A program made the translations under genes and the position numbers. A stretch of DNA of 64,000 nt from Rhodothermales bacterium. Its GTDB lineage: Bacteria; Bacteroidota; Rhodothermia; Rhodothermales; JANQRZ01. Below are positions 45,327 to 54,558 of this stretch, one piece after another. Below the pieces are notes generated by a model. It saw only the letters and a list, made by a program, of their open reading frames with translations. It made no database searches and had not been told where the DNA came from. Position 1 is the stretch's first letter, and each line of letters begins with the position of its first letter. The stretch lies in NCBI GenBank assembly GCA_038232935.1, contig JBBSMX010000001.1, positions 9,585 to 73,584 on the forward strand. The letters run 5' to 3'.

Positions 45327-45330
45327 CAGG

Positions 45331-45423
45331 TTTAAGCAATCCATCCCTTGAAGGCGCTATGCTTGTGCCGCTTGCCGTTCGATGAGGCGATGGGTTCGGC
45401 GGCGAGCTAGAGGAGACAGGCGG
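45331..45423. repeat. diverged copy (A) of the fabH 3' end plus downstream sequence
   Basis: Aligns by eye with 45966-46058 (both start TTTAAGC.. and share ..CGATGGG[T/C]TCGGCGGCGAGCT..CAGGCGG). Roughly three-quarters identical, with small indels. Confidence 0.6.
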
Positions 45424-45478
45424 AGCGGGAGCTTTGAGGATGGAGACGCAGGGGGATTGGAGGCGTATACCCTCGTTC

Positions 45479-45940
45479 TCAAGGGGCTAACGTCTTGCTG
45501 AAACGTCGGCCGGTTGCTTCCAGCCCCATCCGGGGATAAAACGCGCGCGCGTCGGCCCGATCCTCATGGGTCGTCACAGAGAGCCTTTCACAGCCGGACT
45601 CCTTCGCGAAATCTTCTGCCGCCTCGATGAGGGTGCGCCCCACGCCCGTTCCCCTCACGGCTTCATCGACGACCAAAGCCGTCAACCAAGCGACATCGCT
45701 GCGCCGGTTCAGCACGCTGAGGAGGTGGACGGTCGCGAGGCCGACCACCTCGTTGCCTTGTTGCGCCAGCAGCACCGCTGCCCGGTCATTGCCGGTCAAA
45801 CGGTCGAGTCGCACCGGTACATCCGCGCTGTCGGTCGGGTAGCCAAGCTGAGAGAGCAGGCGGGCGATCACATCGGCATCGGCAGCGGTGGCCCGCCGAA
45901 CCCGGAGCGCGGTCGGCATTTCTATTCGAGATTGAGACAT
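45479..45940 (-). CDS. GNAT-family N-acetyltransferase
   Basis: ..LVVDEAVRGTGVGRTLIEAAEDFAKESGC.. is the acetyl-CoA-binding motif A (R/Q-x-x-G-x-G/A). Confidence 0.85.
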   Translation of the reverse strand: MSQSRIEMPTALRVRRATAADADVIARLLSQLGYPTDSADVPVRLDRLTGNDRAAVLLAQQGNEVVGLATVHLLSVLNRRSDVAWLTALVVDEAVRGTGVGRTLIEAAEDFAKESGCERLSVTTHEDRADARAFYPRMGLEATGRRFSKTLAP

Positions 45941-45965
45941 CTTGAAGTACGGCCTACCCTTAGCA

Positions 45966-46058
45966 TTTAAGCGATGAATCCTTCAACGGCCGGATGTTGG
46001 TGCTTCCTCCGCCTCGACGGCGCGATGGGCTCGGCGGCGAGCTGGAAGAGGCAGGCGG
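45966..46058. repeat. copy (B) of the repeat, forming the actual 3' end of fabH
   Basis: See 45331-45423. In copy B the position equivalent to the TAG of copy A is CAG, so fabH reads on for 23 extra codons. Confidence 0.6.
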
Positions 46059-47025
46059 CCCACGTCAGCCCCGCGCCGAAGCCGACGAGTGCGAGCGTGT
46101 CACCCGGCTTGATGCGGCCCGCTTCGAACGCCTCGGCGAGCGCGATCGGGATCGTCGCGGCCGACGTGTTGCCGTAGCGCTCGACGTTCATCACTACCTT
46201 CTCCATCGGGATGCCGGCCTTCTGCGCGGCGTACTCGATGATGCGGGCGTTCGCCTGATGGGGGATGAACAGGTCGATGTCGTCGGCGGTGATCCCGGCC
46301 TGAGCGAGCACCTGATCGAGCGACTCGCCCATCTTCGTTGTGGCGAATTTGAACACCTCGCGGCCGTTCATCTGCAGGTAGTTGTCGCCCGCCGCAATCG
46401 ACTCCGCCGTCGGCGGGTTGCGCGTGCCGCCGGAGTTCTGGATGAGGTGTTCCGCGCCCGAGCCGTCCGAGCCGAGGACGTGCGCCATCACGCCGGCCTC
46501 CTGCTCTGTCGGCTGCATCACGACCGCGCCCGCGCCGTCGCCGAAGAGCACGCATGTCGAGCGGTCCTCCCAGTTGAGGTTGCGCGAGATCGTCTCCGCG
46601 CCGATGACGAGGACGGTGCTGGCCGCGCCCGTCGCGATGAACTGGTGCGCCGTGACGACGGCGTAGACGAAGCCGGTGCAGCCGACGACGAGCGACATCG
46701 CTCCGGCCCGGTCCGCGCCGAGCATGTCCTGAATCTGGCTGGAGACGGGCGGCGTGAGGTAGTCAGGGCTGGAGGTGGCGACGAGGATGAGGTCGAGGTC
46801 GTGCGCGGTGATGCCGGCCCGCTCCATCGCCCGCTCGGCGGCGCGCACGCTCATCGTGGACGTGAACTCGTCGGGGCCGGCGATGTGGCGCTCGCCGATG
46901 CCGGAGCGCGTCCGGATCCACTCGTCCGAGGTGTCGAGTCGCTCGGCGAGCTCGTCATTCGTGACGACGCGTTCGGGGGCGTAGAATCCCCAGCCGGTGA
47001 TGGTGCTGTTGCGCAGCGTGTTCAT
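45967..47025 (-). CDS. fabH: 3-oxoacyl-ACP synthase III
   Basis: From ATG 47025: MNTLRNSTITGWGFYAPERVVTNDEL.., the active-site region VVGCTGFVYA, HQANARI, and GNTSAATIP. Confidence 0.9.
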   Translation of the reverse strand: MNTLRNSTITGWGFYAPERVVTNDELAERLDTSDEWIRTRSGIGERHIAGPDEFTSTMSVRAAERAMERAGITAHDLDLILVATSSPDYLTPPVSSQIQDMLGADRAGAMSLVVGCTGFVYAVVTAHQFIATGAASTVLVIGAETISRNLNWEDRSTCVLFGDGAGAVVMQPTEQEAGVMAHVLGSDGSGAEHLIQNSGGTRNPPTAESIAAGDNYLQMNGREVFKFATTKMGESLDQVLAQAGITADDIDLFIPHQANARIIEYAAQKAGIPMEKVVMNVERYGNTSAATIPIALAEAFEAGRIKPGDTLALVGFGAGLTWAACLFQLAAEPIAPSRRRKHQHPAVEGFIA

Positions 47026-47114
47026 AGCGTGGCCTCTGGTGGGGAAAACGGCGACCGTACGAGCGGCGGGCTGTGTAAAAGATATCGCGCCGCTGCATTC
47101 GGGGGTAAACGTCG

Positions 47115-47798
47115 TCACCCCGCCGTGCCGTTCCGGAAGCGGCCGTGCCGGAGGAAGTGGATCGTCTCGTCCGCCACAGTCCGGCTCCGCATAATGAAGG
47201 CATGCCCGGCGTGGACGACCACGAAGTCCGCCATCTCGGGGAGCCGTGCGGCCTCGACCGAGACGAGCCCGTCGTTTGGCCCGCCGAGGAGTGGAGCGAA
47301 CCACGGATACACGCAGCGGTCGCCCGCGATTACGCCCACATCAGCGTCGAGCGGGGTGAGTCGGGGAGGGACGCAGTCGGTGCCCGTCCCGAGCTCCCGC
47401 AGCGCCGGGCCGCAGAGTCGGTTGAACGGCCAGCGGTCGTGGAGGGCATCAGCGATGGCGCTGCCCGCGTTCGGCGGGGCGAGCATCACCACCCGCGATC
47501 CCTCCGGTAGCCCGAACTGCACGGCGTAGGCACGGACGAGGATGCCGCCGAGCGAGTGCGTGACGAAGTGGACCGGCCCGCTCTCGGCAGCGCTCTCGGC
47601 GGCGCGCTCGACGGCGGGGTGGACGTGCTCGGCCACGAGCGTGTCGAGGGGGTGGCACGTCGAGGGGTAGTCTACGTTCGCCGTTCGGAACCCCGCCCGC
47701 TCGATCCGCCGCGCGAGCGGGGCCATCGAGCGCGCCGTTCGGCCGAGCCCGTGGAGCAGGACGACCGTCGGGGGAAGAGCTGAAGACGCGAGGGCCAC
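47115..47798 (-). CDS. alpha/beta hydrolase
   Basis: VVLLHGLG, and the nucleophile elbow THSLGG. Confidence 0.8.
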   Translation of the reverse strand: MALASSALPPTVVLLHGLGRTARSMAPLARRIERAGFRTANVDYPSTCHPLDTLVAEHVHPAVERAAESAAESGPVHFVTHSLGGILVRAYAVQFGLPEGSRVVMLAPPNAGSAIADALHDRWPFNRLCGPALRELGTGTDCVPPRLTPLDADVGVIAGDRCVYPWFAPLLGGPNDGLVSVEAARLPEMADFVVVHAGHAFIMRSRTVADETIHFLRHGRFRNGTAG

Positions 47799-48000
47799 AG
47801 GCAGGCTTTATTGCGTGAAAGGAGATCGGCACCGCCCTCGGCCGTAAAGCGGAGGAGGTCCAACGCTGATTCATAGCGAACGTTCGTCGCATAATGAGAC
47901 GACGAACCGCCGTATCTTTATTGAAACACCGTATCGGCTTGCCGCGAGGCTTGCGGCGGCCCGATGTGCCGGTCCTCCTCCCACCAGCTTCGCACGGCCC

Positions 48001-48924
48001 GTGCTGCGCCTTCTCGCAGGACTCCTGCTGATCCCGCTCGCGACCGGCGGTTGCGGCAACGGAGATACGCCCGGCGCTTCCACTCCGCCTGCTCGCGTTG
48101 CGTCCGCCCAGCCGGCATCGCCGTACCGCTTCGACGCGTCCGATGCCCGGTTCGAGTTGCCGGGCCGGCTCGACGAAATCTCCGGCCTGACCGTGCTCGA
48201 CGACGGGCTGCTCGGCGCGGTGCAGGACGAGAAGGGGCACCTCTACGTTCTTGACGCCGCGACAGGTGAGGTGGTCGCCGAACACGACTTCGGCAAGAAT
48301 GGGGACTACGAAGGTGTCGAGCGCGTCGGCGACCGCGTGGTCGTGCTCCGCAGCGATGGGCACCTCTTCGTGATTGACGACTGGCATCAGGAAAAGTCGG
48401 ACGCGACGGAGATCAAAACGGGGCTGCATGGTTCGTGCGACGCCGAAGGGCTCGGCTACGACGCTGAGAATGACCGCCTGCTGATCGCCTGCAAAGAGGG
48501 GCCGGGCCGGGGCTACCGGGGCAGCCGCGCGGTCTACGCTTTTAGTCTCGCAACCAACGCGCTCGACCCGACCCCCGCGTTCACGATCCACGCCGACTCC
48601 GTCGCACACAGCGGCGACCGCACGATCAACGCGACGGTGCGCGCGCTCGTGCGGCCGATCACCGACATCAACACCTTCAAGCCCTCCGCACTCGCGGTCC
48701 ACCCGCGGACCGGCGAGGTGTGGGTGCTCTCGTCCGTTCGTAAGCTATTGCTCACGCTGGACCGAGCCGGGAGGGTCACCGCCGTGTGGCCGCTGCCGGA
48801 CCGGCTGCTTCGCCAGCCCGAGGCCCTCGCGTTTCTGCCCGACGGCACCCTCCTCATCGCCAGCGAGGCGGCTGGCGGCAAGGCCATCCTCCTCCGCTTC
48901 GACTACCGACCGAATGGTTTGTGA
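48001..48924 (+). CDS. SdiA-regulated/YjiK-like beta-propeller lipoprotein
   Basis: Lipobox LATGGC, LDEISGLTV, and repeated beta-propeller-like blades. Family recalled from memory. Confidence 0.65.
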   Translation: MLRLLAGLLLIPLATGGCGNGDTPGASTPPARVASAQPASPYRFDASDARFELPGRLDEISGLTVLDDGLLGAVQDEKGHLYVLDAATGEVVAEHDFGKNGDYEGVERVGDRVVVLRSDGHLFVIDDWHQEKSDATEIKTGLHGSCDAEGLGYDAENDRLLIACKEGPGRGYRGSRAVYAFSLATNALDPTPAFTIHADSVAHSGDRTINATVRALVRPITDINTFKPSALAVHPRTGEVWVLSSVRKLLLTLDRAGRVTAVWPLPDRLLRQPEALAFLPDGTLLIASEAAGGKAILLRFDYRPNGL

Positions 48925-49047
48925 TTCGTTAAACGTATGGTGTGAAGGTGCCGATAGCAGAGGGAAGAAGCGGGAATTTTCACCTCACAGAGCGAGCCAA
49001 GGCCTTTCGCACATCCCTACGCTTCATACATCGCGAAGCTAGAACCT

Positions 49048-52000
49048 ATGATCCACCGCTCCACCCTCCCGGTCGTCGGGTTGCTCTCGCTCGTCCTCAC
49101 GCTGGGTGCCTGTGCCTCCTCCCGCACGTTCGTAGACGAGCCGTTCCGGGACTGGAAGGCCGAGGCGCCGCCCGAGCGGGCCGACCTCGCCTTCCGCGTC
49201 TTCCTGATCGGAGACGTAGCGCCGCACGGTGACGAGAGGAGCGCGGCCCTCGACGCGCTGAAGGCGCAGCTCGCCGACGCAAGCGAGAACAGCGCCGTCA
49301 TCTTCCTAGGCGATCAGCTCGACCGCCCCATGCCGGATTCGCTCGCGGCCGGCCGCGCCGAGGCCGAAGCGGCGTTGCTGCGGCTCGTCGAAGTGGTCGA
49401 GGGCTATCCGGGGCGCGTGATCGTGATCCCCGGCGACCGGGACAGGGACGACGCCGAGGCCCTCGAACGGCAGGCGGACTTCCTCACGGCCCGCCTCGGC
49501 GACGACGTGTTTCTCCTCCCGGACGGGCTGCCCGGCCCCGTCGATCTCAAGCTGGACGACCACCTCGTCCTGATCGCCCTCGACACCGAGTGGTGGCTCC
49601 GCGATGCGGACGACCGGCCAACGGGCGAGGTGAACGGGGACGACGTCGAGTCCGAACTCGACGTGATAGTCGAACTGGCGGAACTGCTTGCGGAGTACGA
49701 CGACGAGCGCGTCCTCATGGTCGGGCACCACCCGGTCTTCGCAAACGGCGAGCGCGGCGGGCACTACAGCCTCCGCCAGCACCTCTTTCCGCTGACCGAT
49801 CTGTGGCGGCCCCTCTACGTCCCGCTGCCCGTCGTGGGCTCGGTCTATCCGCTCCTCCGCAGCTATTTCGGCGGTCGGGAGGATTTCTCGAATGGGGACT
49901 ACCGCGAACTCCGCGAGGCGCTCCCCCGCGTGATCGAGAAGCACGACGGCGTCATCTACGCGGCCGCGCACGAGCACGGGCTCCAGTACGTCCCGCTCCG
50001 CTCCGATGCGCTCGCGCTTCAGCATTTCATCGTGAGCGGGGGCGGCGCGCAGGCGGGGCCGATGGCCGGCGGCTTCGGCGCGGGCTTCGCGCACGGGGCG
50101 ACGGGCTTCGCCTCGCTTCAGTTCTACGAGGACGGGGAGATGTGGCTGGAGTTCTGGGAGCCTGAGGCCGCACAGCCGCAGGGCCGCCTCGCCTTCCGCA
50201 CCCAGCTCGAAGAGCCGCGCCGCGAGGACGTGGACCCCGACGTGCCCGAGATCGACCCCACTACGCTGCCCGATTACACGGACAGCACCCGCGTCGTCCG
50301 TGCCGATCCGCGCCTCGCGGCCGGACCCATCAAGCGCTTCTTCTTCGGCGATAACTACCGCGACGTATGGGCTGCCCCCGTCGGCCTGCCCGTCCTCGAC
50401 CTCGGCCGTGCACGGGGCGGGCTGACGCCGCTCAAGCGCGGCGGCGGGTACCAGACGACCTCGCTCCGGTTGGGGAATCCCGAGGAGCGCGAGTTCGTCC
50501 TCCGGCAGGTCCGCAAGAGCCCTGACCTTCTCTTGCCGCCCGCGCTCCAGAACACCTTCGCTGCCGACGTATTCGCCGATCAGCTCTCGTCCTCAAACCC
50601 GTACGCTGCGCTCGTCGTCCCGCGCCTCGCCGAGGCCGCCGGCATCTACCACACGAACCCCGAGCTCGTCGTGGTGCCCGACGATCCCCGCCTCGGAGTC
50701 TACCGCGAGACCTTCGCGGGCACGGTCGTCCTCTTCGAGGAGCGGCCGGCCAGCGATGCGTCCGGCCAGACCAACTTCGGCGGGGCCGAGGACGTGGACT
50801 CGTCGGTCAAGATGTTCGAGGAGATGCGGGAGGACAACGACACCCGCGTGGACCAGCCGTTCTACCTCCGCAACCGGCTCTTCGACCTGCTCATCGGTGA
50901 CTGGGACCGGCACGAAGACCAATGGCGCTGGGCGCAGTTCGAGCCCTTCGAGCTCGACTCGACGCTCACGGGCGAGGCCCGGAAGCAGGGCAAGGTCTAC
51001 CGGCCGATCCCCCGCGACCGCGATCAGGCGTTCTTCCGCATCACGGGACTGCTGCCGCGCATCGCTCAGCTTTTCGTGCCCGGCCTCCAGGACTTCGACC
51101 CGGACTACGGCAACCTCATCGGGCTCACCGACAACGGGCTCTTCCAGGACCGCCGCCTGCTCAACGAGCTGACGCGAGACGAGTGGCAGGCCATCGCCCG
51201 CGACCTGCAAGCCCGGATGACCGACGACGTCTTCCGCGAAGCGCTCCGCGACTGGCCGCCCGAGGTCAATGCGCTCCACGGCGAGCGGGTCTTCCGCACG
51301 CTCCAGAGCCGCCGCGACAAACTGCTGGAGGTCGCCGACGAGTTCTACGAGCTGCTGGCCAGCGTCGTGGATATCGTTGGGTCGGACAAGCACGAGCGGT
51401 TCGTGGTGAACCGGCGGAGCGATGACGAGACCGAGGTGACGGTCTACAAAACGAACAAAGAGGGCGAGAACCGGCAGGTGCTCTACCACCGCGTCTTCCT
51501 CGCCGACGAGACGAAGGAGCTCCGGCTGTTCGGGCTCGGCGGGCGCGACCGCTTCGTGTTCGAGGGCGAGTCCGGCCGGGGGCCGTACGTCCGCGCCATC
51601 GGCGGTCCGGGGGAAGACGAGTTCGAAGGCGACGGGCGAGCGAGCCGCCGCGTGCATTTTTATGACACCGAACGCGGCAACGAAGTCGAGCGCGGCCGGG
51701 CGCGCGTCACGCTCTCGGACGACCCCGCCAACAACAGCTACGACCGCGAAGACTTCGCCTACCCGTCGTACCTCATCTTCCCGTTCGTCGGCTACAACGC
51801 GACCGACGGCGCATTCCTCGGCGCGAGCGTCGAGTTCATCACGCCGAAGTTTCGGCGGGAGCCGTACGGGCGCTCGCACCTCCTCGCGGCGAATGTCTCC
51901 ACGTCCACGTTCGCGGTCAACGTGCTCTACCGCGGCCGGTGGGTCGAGGCGCTGGGGCCGTTCGACACCTTCGTCGAGGCGACGGGCGCTACGCCGCAGG

Positions 52001-52791
52001 ACGTCCGCAACTTCTACGGACTGGGCAACGAGACGACGGTGGACCGCGATACCGATTTCTACCGCGTCCGGCAGGCAAAGGCGGCGGCGGCGGTCGGGCT
52101 GGCGCTGAGCTACGCGTCAGGCGTCGAGATCGGCCTCGCGCCTGCGGCGCAGGTGACGAAGGTGGAACGGGGAGAGGACCGCGTACTCGGCGGGCTTCCC
52201 GCCGAGGCCGAGCTGTTCGACTACCAGTGGTTTGCCGGCGGCGACGGGCTCCTGCTGCTCCACCACGAGGACCGGCCGGGGAACCCGCTACAGGGGTTCC
52301 GCTGGGAGAACCGCGCGGGCATCCTGACGGGCGTCGGCGGCACGGGCGACACGTTCGCTCCCCTCACCTCGGCCCTCTCGGTCTACCTCTCGCCCAGCCT
52401 CGACCCGCAGATCACGCTCGCGCTCCGCGTCGGGGCGAGCCACATCGCCGGGGACTTCCCGTTCTACGAGGCCGCCACGCTCGGTGGCGTCGAGAACCTG
52501 CGGGGCTACCGGAGCACGCGGTTCTCCGGCCGCTCGGCCCTCTATCAGAATGCCGAACTACGCCTCGGGCTGCTCGACTTCCGGACGTACGTGGCGGGGG
52601 GAACACTCGGCGTGCTCGGCTTTGTGGACAACGGGCGCGTCTGGGCCGACGGCCAGGCCTCGAAGGAGTGGCACCAGGGCTACGGCGGCGGGCTCTGGGT
52701 AAACCTGTTCGACCTCATCCTCCTGCGCGGGACCGTCGGGGCGTCCAAAGAAGGTACCTTGGTGAACGTCGGTCTCGGCTTCCTCTACTGA
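49048..52791 (+). CDS. large outer-membrane protein: N-terminal calcineurin-like metallophosphoesterase + C-terminal Omp85/BamA-type barrel
   Basis: Signal peptide. VIFLGDQLD, VIPGDRD, VGHHPVF and AAHEHGLQY (MPE motifs). Central GDWDRHEDQWRWAQF. The C-terminus ..LRGYRSTRFSG.. ..GYGGGLWVNL.. ..VGLGFLY is barrel-like. Confidence 0.8.
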   Translation: MIHRSTLPVVGLLSLVLTLGACASSRTFVDEPFRDWKAEAPPERADLAFRVFLIGDVAPHGDERSAALDALKAQLADASENSAVIFLGDQLDRPMPDSLAAGRAEAEAALLRLVEVVEGYPGRVIVIPGDRDRDDAEALERQADFLTARLGDDVFLLPDGLPGPVDLKLDDHLVLIALDTEWWLRDADDRPTGEVNGDDVESELDVIVELAELLAEYDDERVLMVGHHPVFANGERGGHYSLRQHLFPLTDLWRPLYVPLPVVGSVYPLLRSYFGGREDFSNGDYRELREALPRVIEKHDGVIYAAAHEHGLQYVPLRSDALALQHFIVSGGGAQAGPMAGGFGAGFAHGATGFASLQFYEDGEMWLEFWEPEAAQPQGRLAFRTQLEEPRREDVDPDVPEIDPTTLPDYTDSTRVVRADPRLAAGPIKRFFFGDNYRDVWAAPVGLPVLDLGRARGGLTPLKRGGGYQTTSLRLGNPEEREFVLRQVRKSPDLLLPPALQNTFAADVFADQLSSSNPYAALVVPRLAEAAGIYHTNPELVVVPDDPRLGVYRETFAGTVVLFEERPASDASGQTNFGGAEDVDSSVKMFEEMREDNDTRVDQPFYLRNRLFDLLIGDWDRHEDQWRWAQFEPFELDSTLTGEARKQGKVYRPIPRDRDQAFFRITGLLPRIAQLFVPGLQDFDPDYGNLIGLTDNGLFQDRRLLNELTRDEWQAIARDLQARMTDDVFREALRDWPPEVNALHGERVFRTLQSRRDKLLEVADEFYELLASVVDIVGSDKHERFVVNRRSDDETEVTVYKTNKEGENRQVLYHRVFLADETKELRLFGLGGRDRFVFEGESGRGPYVRAIGGPGEDEFEGDGRASRRVHFYDTERGNEVERGRARVTLSDDPANNSYDREDFAYPSYLIFPFVGYNATDGAFLGASVEFITPKFRREPYGRSHLLAANVSTSTFAVNVLYRGRWVEALGPFDTFVEATGATPQDVRNFYGLGNETTVDRDTDFYRVRQAKAAAAVGLALSYASGVEIGLAPAAQVTKVERGEDRVLGGLPAEAELFDYQWFAGGDGLLLLHHEDRPGNPLQGFRWENRAGILTGVGGTGDTFAPLTSALSVYLSPSLDPQITLALRVGASHIAGDFPFYEAATLGGVENLRGYRSTRFSGRSALYQNAELRLGLLDFRTYVAGGTLGVLGFVDNGRVWADGQASKEWHQGYGGGLWVNLFDLILLRGTVGASKEGTLVNVGLGFLY

Positions 52792-52870
52792 GTTCGGCGT
52801 GTTCCTTGCTTGCTCCCGTGATATGAGGCCTAAGCACGCGCCTCGATTCTCCATCTGACGCTCACTCGCC

Positions 52871-53677
52871 ATGCAGCCTGAAGAATCTCATCTCTCCGGA
52901 TCGGAGCCAGTCGAAACGGCCGAGCCCGACCCTATCGGGGACCTTCCCGAACCCGAAGTGCTGGAGTCAGCAGACGTGGAGGCCGTCGCCGAAGCCGCGG
53001 CCGTAGCGGTCGAAGAGGCCCGTGCCGAGCGGAAGGCTGAGAAAAAGAAGAAAAAGAAGGCCAAGAAGGAGAAAAAGAAAGACTCTCTCGGCACGAGCCG
53101 GGGTGTCGAGACCATGTTCCGGACCTCGTACCGCGTCCACATGGACCTCACCTCGCTCGCCGACACGAAGGCCAACATCATGATCTCCATCAACGGCCTG
53201 ATCCTCCCGATTCTCCTCGGGGCCATCTCGCCGAAGATCGACTCGAATCCGTGGCTGCTCATCCCCACATCGGTGCTCATGATCGGGTGCCTCATCTCGA
53301 TGGTCTTTGCCATCCGGGCGGCTCGGCCTCGCGTCAGCGATGATCCGATCACGCTCGATCAGGTGCGGAAGAACACCGCGAACATCCTCTTCTTCGGCCA
53401 CTACGCCAACATGAGGCGGGAAGACTTCGAGACGGGAATGACCGAGCTGATGGTCGACAACGATCGGCTCTACCGGAACATGATCCGCGACCTCTACGGG
53501 CTCGGCAGCGTGCTGACGGCGAAGTTCAAGCTCCTCCGGACCTCGTACACGGTCTTCATGTTCAGCGTTGTGATAGGGGTGCTCCTGTTCATCGGGACGT
53601 ACTACCTCATCGCCACGGATGTGATCGATTCGGAGCCGACGCCCGTCGTCAACATGGTTCCTAGCCCGCAGCCCTGA
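52871..53677 (+). CDS. DUF5706 / 'Pycsar effector'-like three-TM membrane protein with acidic + poly-Lys N-terminal region
   Basis: ..ETMFRTSYRVHMDLTSLADTKANIMISINGLILPILLGAI.. ..LLIPTSVLMIGCLISMVFAIRA.. ..ILFFGHY.. ..VFMFSVVIGVLLFIG.. The family assignment is from memory. N-terminus contains KAEKKKKKKAKKEKKKD. Confidence 0.65.
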   Translation: MQPEESHLSGSEPVETAEPDPIGDLPEPEVLESADVEAVAEAAAVAVEEARAERKAEKKKKKKAKKEKKKDSLGTSRGVETMFRTSYRVHMDLTSLADTKANIMISINGLILPILLGAISPKIDSNPWLLIPTSVLMIGCLISMVFAIRAARPRVSDDPITLDQVRKNTANILFFGHYANMRREDFETGMTELMVDNDRLYRNMIRDLYGLGSVLTAKFKLLRTSYTVFMFSVVIGVLLFIGTYYLIATDVIDSEPTPVVNMVPSPQP

Positions 53678-54558
53678 TGCGCGTCACCTTCTGGGGAGTC
53701 CGAGGGTCCACGCCCGCGCCGGGCGCAGCGTTCGCGCGCTACGGCGGGCACACGACCTGCGTCTCGGTGGCGGTGGGCGACCGGGTGCTCGTGCTCGACG
53801 CCGGCACCGGCATCCGCCCACTCGGCCGCTCGCTCGTCGGGCTCGACGAAGACCTCTTCGTGCTGCTGACGCACCTCCACGCCGACCACGTCATTGGCTT
53901 CCCGTTCTTCGCCCCGCTCTACGAGCCTGGCCGGACGGTCCACCTGCTCGATTACCGCGAGGCCGGCGTCGCGTGGTCGCCCCTCGCGCTCTTCGACGGC
54001 ATCCACTACCCGCTGCACCCCGGCGACCTCCCGTGCTCGGTGCTCCGCGTCGGCGGCGACCCCATGTCGTACCTGAACGAGCACGGCATCGAGCTGGCGC
54101 GGCAGGCGGTCAACCATCCCGGTGGGGCCTACGGCTACCGCATCACGCACGAAGGACAGACGTTCGTGTTCATACCGGACAACGAGCTGGACCCGCCCGA
54201 GCGGGAGGTCGCCCACAAGGAGATCGTCGCGTTCTGCCGGGGGGCGGACGTGCTCTGCCACGACGCGCAGTACCTCGGGGCCGAGGTCGCCGAGCGGCGT
54301 GGGTGGGGGCACAGCAGCATCGAGCAGGCGATGGACCTGGCCGTGGAGGCGGGGGCGCGGAACGTCGTCCTGTTCCACCACGACCCTGACCGGACCGATC
54401 TCCAGCTCGACGAGATTCACGCAGACACGTGTGCGCGACTCGCGGTGCATGAGATCGGATGTATGGTCGCCTTCGAGGGGCTGACGTTCGACTTCGGCGG
54501 CGGCGACGTGGTGCTGCCGCCGCCCATGCCGATGTCCATGAAAGCAGAGAGCGCATGA
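53677..54558 (+). CDS. MBL-fold metallo-hydrolase (candidate cyclic-nucleotide phosphodiesterase)
   Basis: MRVTFWGVRGSTP.. LLTHLHADHVIGFPFF (HxHxDH), ..HDPD.. TGATG overlap with the upstream gene and ATGA overlap with the downstream gene. Confidence 0.75.
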   Translation: MRVTFWGVRGSTPAPGAAFARYGGHTTCVSVAVGDRVLVLDAGTGIRPLGRSLVGLDEDLFVLLTHLHADHVIGFPFFAPLYEPGRTVHLLDYREAGVAWSPLALFDGIHYPLHPGDLPCSVLRVGGDPMSYLNEHGIELARQAVNHPGGAYGYRITHEGQTFVFIPDNELDPPEREVAHKEIVAFCRGADVLCHDAQYLGAEVAERRGWGHSSIEQAMDLAVEAGARNVVLFHHDPDRTDLQLDEIHADTCARLAVHEIGCMVAFEGLTFDFGGGDVVLPPPMPMSMKAESA

